Shown here in pieces: positions 13,120-24,965 of a stretch of DNA of 64,000 nt (within the stretch, counting starts at the first letter, position 1; the number at the start of each line of letters is the position of its first letter). The stretch spans positions 7,998,001-8,062,000 of the forward strand of contig CM120649.1 in assembly GCA_051362555.1 (NCBI GenBank). The letters are read 5' to 3'. The translations under genes and the position numbers were made by a program. This stretch comes from Lingula anatina (lineage: Eukaryota; Animalia; Brachiopoda). The notes beneath the pieces were generated by a model. The model worked only from the letters and a program-made list of their open reading frames with translations, did no database searches and had not been told where the DNA came from.

Positions 13120-16100
13120 TGACACCTACATGTGCCATACATTTTGGTGCCTTCAAGTGACACCAACATTAAACATATGCCATACATTTAGGTGCCTCCA
13201 AACTAGTATGGGTACAATAAATTGAATGGAAGTGATACTGGTACGTGTCATTGGAGCATTCTTCACATGTAGTACATGTATGGCATACCCCAAATAACTA
13301 CAAGACGAGAGACAGTTGCCCTGTTGCACAGCATTTGGAAAAGTAGGACGGAAATGTCCTTCTCATTAACAGGAGCATACAACTGAAAACTAGAGAAGGG
13401 AAACTGTCTCTTGAAACTGATTTCAGAAAACTCCCAAAATGTCACGGTTCTGCTCATTCAAACTGCAAAGCATCTGTCACTAGTAAAATAACTGTACTCA
13501 TCGGTGTGAGTATTAAACCACAGTTTATAGTGCCAGTGCATGGAAATCAAGAAAAAACGTGGTCCTTACACCTCGTATAAACCTACCGAAAGCCGGTCAT
13601 AACAGCCGGAACTGGAGCCCTGGACGGTGAAGGTGGTGAAGACTAACCGCAGAGCAGAGCCGTTCCCCAAAGGCTCAATCACATACCAGCAGTCAGCGTT
13701 GGATGGGTAGGAACTGGGGTAGTTAGGTGACGTCACTGTCTCAGAATAGTCAGATATGTAGCGGTCGCAATCGCCTGAAATATTGTTTTAGTCACTGCAT
13801 GATTGTGATAGTTGTGTCTTTCTTATATGTACCACTTGATACTAATTGTGTTAGTTTTGCTGCCATTGCCACTTAATACTGATTGTGTAAGTTGTGCCGT
13901 TATTGCCTCTTAATACTGATTGGGTTAGTTATGCTGCTAATGCCACTTGATAATGGTTGTGTTAGTTTTGCTGCTATTGTCACTTGATACTGAAAGTGTT
14001 AGTTGTCCTGTTATTGTTACTTTATATTGCGGATATGCGCACGATGAGAACTTTGACTGCACCTCGTGCTAGAACTAGCATAGACAGCCAACGATGTTAT
14101 CATGTAACATTATAGGTGAATAAACTGTCATTTTCATTACTTCTCGTATTGCTTTTAGACCATTTTCATTAAGTGTAGTGGTTTTCTGTTTTGCACCGTT
14201 TCTAGAAATCGACAACTTAATGGCCTGTAAGAGAATCGCCTTATCGGAGCCCCTGCATTCTACTCTGCCAGTTAGCCGAGTGTATTTTGATTGGTGCATT
14301 GGTGATTGTGAAAGAAAGTAAAACCTGCGAAGCGTAATAACACGTAAGGGCCAGCAAATTTAGTGCGGCAGAAAACTTTCTCGCTCATTGGGGAAAGCAT
14401 TGGCGAAAGGTAGTACCTAAAACGTCTTTTACGCTGGACGGCGTCCTTTGTCCGCCCACGAAACTGGCATAGCTGTGGTCGTAGAAAGGAAGAAGGCACA
14501 AGCATCGCTTTGGTTGCAGAATGAATGCTCAATGATCGACCAGTTGTCGGCACATAAAGTATCTTTGGCTCTATTCCCATAGATTTTAGATCGATCTATC
14601 CCCGCGGGGAGTCTCACTAGATTACTTTCAGATAATCCGACTTAAATGTCCGTCCCGCCTACTACAAGCTGTAAGGGGATAATTAACTTTCGTGTCCGCC
14701 CGGCTGACAGCTATATAGCGTGAACCCCCAGGGAGTTAGGTCGATCTAAAGTAGGTCGATCTAATCTATGGAAATGGGGTGTTTCTTTCCTCTCAAACGG
14801 GGCCGTACTACGTACGGGGCGCAGAAAGGACGCCGTCCAGTGTAAAGGGGGCTTAAATCATATAGTGCCTTTTCTTGGCGGAAAAGAAAAGGTTAATTTT
14901 CATAACGTTTATTGGGAAAAGTATTAAAAATGCGATCAAAATTTGCTTCTAATATTTATGAGCATTCCGTTTTAATGATATACCAATTTTTTCTTTGTGT
15001 GCAATGTTGCACGCCATCTGTCAATCTATTGATTGAAATGCGTCCATTAATTCTACAGTTTGATGTCTCTTAATGCCCATTAGAGGACAATTCAGCATTA
15101 TTAGATAAACTTTTCAACTTCCCTCTTCACAGATGGAGTGAATGCTGTATACATATCTAAGGGACAGGTAACCCAGGACGTCAAGTCGGAAGTATTTGCT
15201 GTGTGCATTAGGTATTTACTGAGGAAGACGAAGGGGTGGGAACCTACATTGCGGCCGTTACTTGAAATCGGTGCTTGGTTCCGGTCTAAACAAAGAGAAT
15301 AAGCAACAGCCTTCATGTACCTGTACACGGAATTAATGCTCAATACATACATGTACTGCAATATATAACAGGGTTTACATCAGTTAATAAACGTCGCGCG
15401 TCCCTGTAGTTATATTGACACTAACCACAGAAATAAATAAAAAGTGTCCTATATGCCATCAATTATATTGAGTCTAAACTTGTGCCGTTGCCATAAAGTA
15501 ATGTAAGTGCTCCAATTTTGCAATTATAAAATCGATACGGCGGGTCGAATTTTGTTTCAGATGTCCGGTCAAATATGAAAAAGAATGGACCCAGTTTTTC
15601 AACAATGACAAATGAACGTTACTTTGGCTATTAGTTAAGTTTTAAGTCGATCTTATATTTGTATCTCCCAGTTAATTCATCCATTGTTTTCATATGATTG
15701 GTTAATGTGTGCGATTAATGTTCATACAATTTATACACGATTTCAATGGCGGAGTAAGTTTTGGTGTGTGTGTGTGGGGGGGGGGGGGGGGATTCTTCAC
15801 ATTGCTGCACATCGGGAGATATTTTGATTAAAAAATAACCGACAAGGATAATTTCTACCATTGTGCCCAGCTATAGGGATTGAAAGGCTGCATGGCGTTC
15901 TGTCCATTCACTGATTATAATCTCTCTCTCTCTCTCTGTGTTTGTGTGGGTGGGTGTGTTTGTTTGTGTAGGCGGGGCGGTGGCGGGGGGTAAAGAAGGA
16001 GAAACGTGTGCCACTGCCCCATCACCCACTCGTAGATCCTCTATTGGTTTTTTAAAAGTATACTTAAAAGTATTTCCATTTATACACGTAGAAACCACTG

Positions 16101-18966
16101 TAAAATTCACTGGGGCCGTTATTAATAATAATTTACGAACTTACTGCCCGTCGAGGCTGCAAATCGTGCTACAAATCCCGCTCCCGAGGTGGCGTGGTCA
16201 GTGTCAAAGGTCAGCTGGAAAGTGGACGACTCCATGGTGGGTAAACTGTGTTCCGCGCACACAGAGTTCATGAAGATCTCACCAAACGGCGTGGTTTCTC
16301 TCACCTACACAAGATAATGTGATTACAAGATGTCAGTTGAATAAAGGACGGGTCGAGGTTATTTAAGTTCACCTAGGCCTAATTTGATTCCATATCTGTA
16401 GATTGCTCATTTTATTGAAAATTGAAATACACTTATCTGTTTGAAGTTAACTGCACAAATATCCGACACAGATTGAAGAGAAAATAAAACAGAAGATGAT
16501 AAAAAACGAACAAGAGATATACGCGTATGTACTGTAATATACTACGAATGGCATATTACTGAAATGCGTGTTTAATTGGTGTCTATCATGTCTATCACAC
16601 GGTGTCAGTTGCTTAATCTTCAGCCATACAAGAAGTACAAGTAGCAGCAACTCACCGTGACGTTATCACAGGTGCACGACTGACACTCTTCAAGGTCAAA
16701 CAGCTGAAAGGTCAAGGTCATCCTGGCGTGTCCCGCGGGTGGTAAAAGGGTATACGTACAGTGTATTGAGGCAGGATAAGTGAGCGGATAGCCAGGGGAA
16801 TACAGCACGCCAGATGGAGCTCGGATCACAGCACCGCAAGCTAAAATGAAAACGTTTTATGACGTCACAATAAATATGATATACATGACGTCACTATGAA
16901 TATGAATTCCATTCAGGTCACTTAAACTTGTGATCTAAATTTACACGTCAAGTCAGTATTAGAGCACGTACCTAACGATCTACTTTTATCTTGTCCATGA
17001 GGCTCAAAATTAATTTGAAATAAAAAGGCATGCTTTTAATTATCACCCAGCAAACAAAATAATACAGACGATGGATTTTTTTTTTCAGACCTAAGTATTA
17101 TGAAAATCATCACACCTGACCAATCGTCTTATTAAGAAATAGAAAATAGGGGTGGATTTTTAATGAAAAAAAAAGCAAATTGTGTTTTCGTCTCCAAGAA
17201 GTGATAAAAAATTTGCATATTCATTGGTTGATATTGGTGGACGGAGAAGTCTAAACCAGAGGGTGGCGACTTATGCTTTTTGTTGAAAACGAACAAAGTA
17301 CGAAATTCGGGAATGTTTGAAGTAAAAAACGCGTTTAGGCGTGACATTTAGACAATACTATTTAAGCAAAGTTGACAGTAGAGCACTTAGAAAGAAGGGC
17401 ATCTACGGCGCTAGCAAAAACAGCTTCAACAAGTTTTTCGCTTCAAGAATACGTCCTGTTTCTTACCGATAAGCGAAAAAAAATATTCGTACCAGAGATC
17501 GGTTGGTCACACAGCTCCCTGCCGTAATGAGTGAAGTTGGCGTTAGATACAAGGACGTCACAGGCCGTCACGTTGCCATGGAAATAGCAGGTGGAGGTGT
17601 CATGGGCGTAGTCCACTGCGCGACAGTCCGAGTTCAAAAGGCACCTATCCAGGCAGACGTCCAATGGAAAGCCAGTAATGTGGTCGGTAGAGCCCGCCAC
17701 CAGTTTTCCGGGATAGATTACAGCGTATCCTGGAAGTAATTAAAGAAAGTTCTGATCTCAGATCATTGGGGTTATTATAGAACACCTTTACCTGGCATTT
17801 TTTACTGCTTATAAATATATGGAACTAACATTGCAGTAACAGATTTATGCAGACCTGTGGTCGTCTTAAAAAAAAAGAGTAAATAATAATTTATATTGAT
17901 AAGTGATTGATTGGTGATTGATTTATTGATAACTGACACTTATTATTGATTATTATTAATGAGAATAATTGATATTATTAATAATATTATGATAATGATT
18001 ACTATTTTTAACATAATTATAAATGATATTTACCTTTTTTTATCATTGGAAAAAATTATTTGGCAAAGCGACTTGTGCTACATCCTTACTCCAGAATATT
18101 ATTTTTCTTTATCTTAAAATTTCTTTTTTAAATATACTAACATAGGTGACAATTTGTAATGCTTCTTCAGGTGTCCATTTTTGCCGTTTTTGACATTTTA
18201 AATAGGAGTAAGAGCCGATATTGTCTTGTTCAGGAAGGAGAGCGTATGAGTGAGACGGTTGAGGCACGCCCCTTCCCTTGGGGCCGGTGTAACGTGACAG
18301 ACAGTCCCCCATGATAGAGAGACCTATTCCCATTCATTTGTACAGGTCTCGCCCTAGATTTTGACCCACTAAGGTCAGGTTAACCCTATCCATTATAACT
18401 AAATGGAGGGCGGACTCTCTGTTACACGGCTTTGGCCGAGGCAGAAGGTTGATCTTTGTCCGTGTTTATCTTCACTTTCTTGTACATTTTTGTTGATTTC
18501 ATTTTCAGCACATTCGTTTCTTATTTCTCATCCTCCCTCTCATTCTCATTCTCATTTTCTGTAGTTTTCTTAGTTTTTATAAACTTTTAATTGGTTCATA
18601 TGGAATTTGCATTGTTCCACCGGTCCCGATTTTTGTCCTGTACAACATATTCTTTACCCACATGTTTTATATTAATCTGTTTGAAGTGTTATCTAATTTG
18701 TACAGTTTACGTGCGGTTTTCCTTAACTATTCAGTAAACCACCAGTAATACGGAATGAAAATAAGCAAATGAATAAACAAATGAATACAAAGACATAACG
18801 CCAAACTAAAAGCACGGCGTTTGGTTTTCCTATGTGTAGCCTATATACTGTGTGATATTTTCTACGTACCTGAATGAAGCGCAATGTTGCTTTGTGTTTT
18901 CACAACAGACAAGCCACCCACAAACAGCAAAATCGGACAGAGAAGTTGGATTTTCAGAACATCCAT
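8621..18966 (-). CDS. Type I membrane protein with PAN/Apple, 3 CUB, Ser/Thr-rich mucin stalk, 2 Sushi/CCP, TM and short basic tail (968 aa)
   Basis: Exons 18870-18966 (signal MDVLKIQLLCPILLFVGGLS), 17493-17729 (PAN: CLDRCLLNSDCRAVDY..CYFH), 16656-16840 + 16145-16304 (CUB1), 13587-13774 + 12827-12983 (CUB2), 12004-12185 + 11518-11665 (CUB3), 9945-11087 (S/T stalk + Sushi), 9415-9597 (Sushi), 8621-8847 (TM IFGSFAILLIVAIVCLVVML). All GT-AG, phases compatible, total 2907 nt. Confidence 0.88.
13830..14030. repeat. Degenerate 37-bp tandem repeat, about 5-6 copies, intronic
   Basis: Unit ~TTGATACTRATTGTGTTAGTTTTGCTGCCATTGCCAC repeated head-to-tail. Confidence 0.75.
14421..14852. mobile_element. 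MITE (TIR TTTACGCTGGACGGCGTCCTTT) carrying a nested 215-bp MITE at 14567-14781
   Basis: Inverted repeats at 14428-14449 and 14825-14846. The inner element is near-identical to 46535-46749 and is flanked by TTT/TTT. Confidence 0.7.
18284..18429. mobile_element. Short TIR element (CCG(G)TGTAAC...GTTACACGG); second copy at 21321-21458
   Basis: Two ~140-bp similar copies with terminal inverted repeats. Confidence 0.65.
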
Positions 18967-19680
18967 TGTTCCTGCGTTTTTTTCTGGGTGTTACAAAACG
19001 ATATTTAAAAGAATTATTTTAATTCTACTTTCATTTAGAGAAACATTTAAGTCCAAAAACATTCACAGTTCCTCGCAAAACTGCATTGCGTCCCCAATAA
19101 ATGGCAGCCTATGTAGAATTCAGACTCGCTTAATGTTGGGTAGCATGAAGAATCACTTGAGAATCACGCTCATAAACCGAATGTGATCCGTTTCAATTCA
19201 CGTCAGCCATTCGAGTTAGACCCGAAAAACTCTGGATCCAACTTGTCGTCCTGGGTACCTTATGTAAGCATTCAAGTATCGCTGGTCGAAACAACCGATT
19301 GATTGCAATGAATTATGCAGATAGATTTCAGACCCAAAGTGTTTCGCGCTCTTGGAGTCATTGTTAACGACTTAATCATGCAACACAAGAGTATTACAAA
19401 TAACTGACATATGCTTTAAGTTGCTTGCATTCAATGAATGTTTAATGGGTTTGTTTTGTAAATGTTGCTTATTTTCGTCCGTCAAACAAACAATTGCCCC
19501 GGAAGCCGAAGCCACTGGCAACTGTTGAAATGATTTTGCCTCCGAGCCAAAACAGAAGTTTTCACGAGATTCAAGTCGATATTAATGATGGCACTATTCG
19601 TTTCTGTCATAGGCTTGTGACTAAGGGTTTTATTGGGAGAGGAGGGGGGCTAAAGTTAAAACGTGAACTTAGTTGGGACT

Positions 19681-19995
19681 TTAAGGTAGGACTGCAGGTT
19701 GGAGATTTTATCTTAAATTAAGGGTCTTAGCTTTTTTATTCTTGTTGCATTCATCTAATGTATCTTCGAAACATCTAATTATGCTTGCAACACAGCTCCA
19801 AGTTCATCGTGTGACGTAATATTAGAATTTTGGGGAAAACATTTAGGTTTCCTGATTTTCGCAGGCACCTGGACAGCTATAAACATGCCTTAAATGATAT
19901 AATAACACTTGAACAAAAGGGGTTCGGAGACTTACTGTTGATTTTATCTATTAAAACGTGAATTTTAGTCCTATTTGAGTACAGCCCCACCTTAA
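19681..19995. mobile_element. Kolobok-like non-autonomous element (TTAA-flanked)
   Basis: TTAAGGTAGGACTG ... CAGCCCCACCTTAA imperfect TIRs. A similar TTAAAGGGATAATAACTC...GAGTTATTATCCCTTTAA element lies at 40963-41308. Confidence 0.5.
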
Positions 19996-20157
19996 GGCCC
20001 TTTACTCTCCACTGTAAGACGACATAGTATGAAGCAGTTTAAATCAACAGCAAGAGCTTTTCTGGGATTGTGCAGGCAATTACAGCACACCGGGGACAAA
20101 GCTGACAGATATATACTGTAGTGCACTAAGTTTTTTCAATTTTGTTTGTGTTTCTGG

Positions 20158-20213
<56 letters not shown>

Positions 20214-20607
20214 GCTGTGAAAGACAATAGGACACTAGTTAATACGACTATTTGTGACCAGTTATGGTTTTAAAACCCTGATAAGTTCTTGTATATATGA
20301 AATAACACGGATGAAGTCACCCGTGATCAACTTCTCAGGAACGGAACACATTTTGCTATTGATCCCCCTGTATTACCGAGACTCATTCTGATAATAAGAA
20401 TATGATAGCAATAACAACAACAAGCCTCATGAAGCAGCCAGAGAACTCTTCCAACTGAACACCAACATCTGTGAAAGAGACGAACATAAAAGAGGCCTTT
20501 GTAATTTTTTGTAAATGTTGGGCATTGCATCATCAAACAATTTTTTCCAAAAAAGGCCTGCCTTTTATGTTGAATTATGAGAGACTTTGTGAGTACCAGC
20601 ATTCAAC

Positions 20608-20729
20608 TGTGAGTCACAAAGCTTGCAGATACAACATAGGGTACTTATAAACCTTCTCCATATCATAGGATATTTCGTTTGCTGAAGGTCTGGCCCAGAA
20701 CTTCTCGCTACCCTACTCACTGCTATCAG
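20608..20729 (+). promoter_or_regulatory. Candidate promoter and 5'-UTR exon of the mytimycin-like gene (AP-1 site, TATA, donor)
   Basis: TGAGTCA at 20610-20616, TATAAA at 20646-20651, strong donor CAG|GTAAGA after 20729. The coding exon at 24963 starts with an acceptor (TTTCAG|AAGATG), so an upstream non-coding exon is expected. Confidence 0.45.
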
Positions 20730-21471
20730 GTAAGATTGTATTATTGTCTATATTGTCTCATTGCTTTGAAGTTTAACTTAAATGTTTTGCTGCGTACATA
20801 TAGGTTTATTCTACGCAATTTGCACAATATTCTATTTTCCATACAGATTAAATTATCGAAACGTTTAAACCGCACAATTTTCGTGGCCGTGAGAATATTG
20901 AGAAATACTAGTAGGGACTACTTAAGAACCATGCACAATCTTTTAAATCTATCAAAATAAATCGATGAGTTATTCCGATCAATGGGAAGTTTCGTTTCCT
21001 TGAGGTTGTGCATAGATACTTTTGCCTGAAGGCTCATTTCAAATCACCGGTAAATGTCAGGCAAGACTGTTATTTCAAAATTGCCAATTCGTTATTACAG
21101 TACTTATAATGATCATTCGATACACACTGCAGCTCCTAAAGTATACCTTTCCATATGTTTTTAAGTTCGCTTTATACTTAAAGTATTACTCGCGGTTTAA
21201 CAAAACGATCAATAACAGTCGTCCGAGAACAGAACAGACAGGCATTCAAGCACCCCTACTAACTATTTAAAGCTTGCAGATGCAATGTCATTTCATGGGA
21301 TTGAACATTCGAAAATTACCCGGTGTAACGTGACAGAGAGTCCCCCATGATAGAGAGTGCGCTTCCCATTTATTGTACAGCTAAGCCTCGCCCTAGATTT
21401 TGGCCAACTTTAGTCTAACCATTATAACTAAATGGAGGGCGGACTGTCTGTTACACGGACTAAGCAATCTT

Positions 21472-21660
21472 GGATGCGTTCACATGAAAAAATCTATTTT
21501 CCAAAAATCTTAAAATCTATTTGCGGTATCTTGTGATCACGGTCTGTGCCCTGAATACTGACATAACACTCGGCGTAAGTCATTACGCCGTGGGGTATTC
21601 AGGGCACAGACTAGATTTTTTAGATTTTTGGAAAATAGATTTTTCATGTGAACGCAGCCT
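21472..21660. mobile_element. Foldback (palindromic) MITE; fuller copy at 56513-56729
   Basis: GCGTTCACATGAAAAAATCTATTTTCCAAAAATCT...AGATTTTTGGAAAATAGATTTTTCATGTGAACGC, with internal GTCTGTGCCCTGAATA/TATTCAGGGCACAGAC arms. Confidence 0.75.
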
Positions 21661-22309
21661 TAGTTTCCCGTTGTTAATTTGCAACTTCCCGCACGAAAAT
21701 GCAGTAGTATCGAAGTAACAAATAACGCAGTAGTGGTGTGGTGCATATTTGCAGTAGAAATGCAGCATAGCCTACTGCAATTCTACTCCAAAAAGTACAT
21801 AGGTTTGTACAGAGAGGAACATTAATGCAGTAGATTAGCAGCATGATAAAAGCATGTTTCAAGTATGCTAATTGGCTCTCAAATCGAAGCAGATTTGAGG
21901 CATTGTTGCAGTATGATTGCAGTAGTCTACTGCGCTGGAGTATCTACTGCGTTTTCGTGCGGGTTGATTCTAGATTTTCCTAGTGAAAAGATGCAGATTG
22001 TCAGGGTAGACATTTCCTCCTTTTTTTACGCACGATTGTGTAACAAATGCTCAAGGTGCATTTTTGATTAAATATGCTGATGATACCACGCCTCTTATAT
22101 AAGCAGGCCCGTAGTCGGGGGGGGGGGGGGGGGTCGAAAGAACCGCCCCTTTTGCTGGGAAAAGGGTCACTCTGGGTAAAATTTGATCTAGGTACATGAA
22201 GTTTTTTTATGGGAAAAGGTCCACTTTTTCAGAAAAAGAACCCCCCTTTTGAAATCGCTGGCTACGGGCATGTATAAGAGAATGTTGAAGTGAACTACAG
22301 AGAGACAAA

Positions 22310-22700
22310 TGACTCAGTGGAGTGGTGTGATGCAAAAGGCTTGGTTTTAAATGATAGCAAAACAAAGGACTTCAGAAAGAACAAAAATCAAGTCACCAAT
22401 TTTGTTTATTACAGATACTGATGTACAAAGAGTTGATGAGTTTAAACTGTAAGGAATCCAAATGAACACCGAATTAAACTGGCACATAACTCCTGAAACA
22501 AATAGCTAAAAAGGCATGGCAGAAGATTTATTTTTAAGAAAACTTAATGGTTAAAGTAGCACGCCAAGTACATGCATTTTATCAACCATTACAAAGCTAC
22601 GATACAGTGTATTTTGACGTTTGTTACAATGGTTTGGTGGTGCAAGGCAGGGAGACAAAGGAAAACTGAACATTATTGCCAATAAGTGCAGTAAGATAAT
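22310..22700 (+). mobile_element. Degenerate LINE RT fragment
   Basis: EWCDAKGLVLNDSKTK..DFRK...VQRVDEFKL*GIQMNTELNW...AKKA...YFLRKL, with stops and frameshifts. Confidence 0.65.
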
Positions 22701-22885
22701 TAGCTGAGTGAGTTTTATCATTCTGCTTTTGTATGCAAGAGCTTCGTAACTCATTTCTGTTTACTGGTAGTTACAAAGTCTTTCAATAATCGACATTTAA
22801 ATTTGTGTAGCTTGTTTGATGGTGAAATAATCAGCATCTACCTGTAGAAAAAATTTTCCAACTGCTTCATTTACATTCAGTCTAA

Positions 22886-23101
22886 GACCCCATTCCCGTA
22901 GATATTTAGATCGATCTACCCCCCGGGGGTGTCTCACTAGATTGGTGTCAGCTTAACAGGCTTTAATGTTTGTCCCGCCTACTAAAAACTGTAAGGGGGT
23001 AATTGACTATGGTGCGCGCTCGACTAACAGCAATTTAGCGTGAACCCCCAGGGAGTTAGGTCGATCCAGATGGATCTATTTAGATGTCTGGGAATGCACT
23101 C
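22886..23101. mobile_element. PIF/Harbinger-type MITE (TAA TSD); family includes 14567-14781, 46535-46749, 26421-26687, 49444-49670, 54575-54855 and ~710-940
   Basis: TAA|GACCCCATTCCC...GGGAATGCACTC|TAA. The 54575 copy is flanked by TTA/TTA and the 26421 copy by TAA/TAA. Shared internal motifs (TAGATCGATCTA, AAGGGGGTAATT). Confidence 0.7.
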
Positions 23102-24019
23102 TAAAGCTTTTGGTGCCTTGTGTGTTGACTAATGTGACGAAAACTATTTTTATCAATTTTCGAAAGAATTGGAAATACATGTACCCTGTCTAAATGATGC
23201 CACTCTCTTTGGTATAACTTTCTCGTATCAGTCACTTGTTAAGGCGGTGTTTCTTAAATCTAGTCCTTTTTAAACTATAGCGATTACAAAAAATTACAAG
23301 TCCCTTAAAATGTGAAATTTCTCACACAAAAACAGATAGATAGATATAGAATGCATGGCTTGACATTTCGTGCCTGGCATACATAATGAATGAATTGCCT
23401 AGTACGTGGAAATCACATTTAAAAATGATATTTTGGATGCACTTGGAAAATATGATGAATATTCCCTATATCTCAGGATCGCCATGAGCTCATTATATCC
23501 AAGATATTACAATAATAAAAACGTTCAGCAACAAGAGTTCTGTTTCAAGTAAAATGTTTATTCTGAATTTAATGTTCCATTGCGGGGCTACGTGACTCAC
23601 TGCTGTAAACCGGCAAGTCTCTGCAGTCTCTGATACAGCTACTTCAAAGGCAAACGCCCGCATTACCTCCGCTTTTTATAAGCTTTTTTTTTCGTTTGTC
23701 TGTGTACTATGTCATGCAAGAAGTTATTGACGGATTTTAATGAAATTTTCAGGAAAGGTCAAAGATGGGCTAACTTAAAATGGGTTTATTTTTAGTGATG
23801 ATTAGTTTAATAATAATAATAATAATTATTATTATTTGCTCACAACACTGTCGATAAAAGGGGTTGAAAAGAAACAAGAAAGTGTAGAAAGACATGAGCT
23901 AGTACAAACAGATAAAAGTCACCCACAATGGCTGCTCCAGAGGGGGGGGAGTACCGGGGTACATGTACGTCCCACAGTCCTCTCGCTCACACGGCATCTT
24001 TTCCTCGCTCTTAAACGTA

Positions 24020-24253
24020 GGGGAGACCGGGGCTAATTGGACCCCGGGGTAAGTTGCCCCCCCCCCCATCAATTTATGACAAAGTAACTATGGGGTAAAA
24101 AAATAGATCGCATCATTTTGTAAAGTGACCGTATCCAATAGTGCTAAGAAAGTCGGCAGTCAGTCCAAATGAAATAATTTAGCATCTTAAAGTAACTTTA
24201 ATAAAGAGACTTGATGGGGGGCCAACCGGGGTCCAACTAGCCCCGGTCTCCCC
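24020..24253. mobile_element. Tc1/mariner(pogo)-type MITE with TA target duplication
   Basis: TA|GGGGAGACCGGGGCTAATTGGACCCC ... GGGGTCCAACTAGCCCCGGTCTCCCC|TA. Confidence 0.75.
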
Positions 24254-24604
24254 TATGCCATACGAAAAACCCAAAAAGATATTTCACACCCCTGATCCCC
24301 ACACACACAAAAGACCCGATGGTACCTTATCTTACACAACAAGCATCACCGCCACAAGACTTGGGTGTTACTACATGTAGTATGTTCAATGTGTATGTGT
24401 TGTGTCAACTAGGGGAAATTAACACTTTGTAGGTCTACTATCTGTAAAATCCCAAACTAACTGCGTCTGGTCAACCTCCAAACTACATGTACCTGTAACA
24501 CTAGTGAGTCCATAGCCCAGGGACAGCACTTTATACCTCTCGTTAAACATCCAGCTCCCCTTAAATTTTCCGCTGCGTAGTAGGCCTATCATATTCACTA
24601 CTAA

Positions 24605-24918
24605 GGCCGCATTCACAACAACGTTGATTCGCGGACTTACTAGTCCGCTGATCAAATATGGCGTCCACTTGACAATGGATTCCTGCCTGGCACGCGCACC
24701 GTCCCAGCAGGGCAGGACAATTAAATCTCGCCACGCTTTTAAGTGGGGCGCTTCATGTTGGATCCGTGGACTAGTTACCGGTTCTGTATATGGAGATTGC
24801 CCCTTAATTCCCGATTAGACAGTGAACAGATTCCCCGCGGGGGTTACGCAACAAACATTCAAGTGGGTCAGCCATATTTGATCCACGGATCTGCTAGTCC
24901 GCTGTTCTGAGTGCGCTC
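24605..24918. mobile_element. MITE family with GGACT.ACTAGTCC / GATCAAATATGGC subterminal arms; related copies at ~39884-40071 and 63908-64000
   Basis: Inverted arms ACTAGTCCGCTGATCAAATATGGC / GCCATATTTGATCCACGG, shared among three loci. Confidence 0.6.
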
Positions 24919-24965
24919 ATTGCGCCCTAAAATAATAATGAGCGCCCTGCCTGATATTTCAGAAG

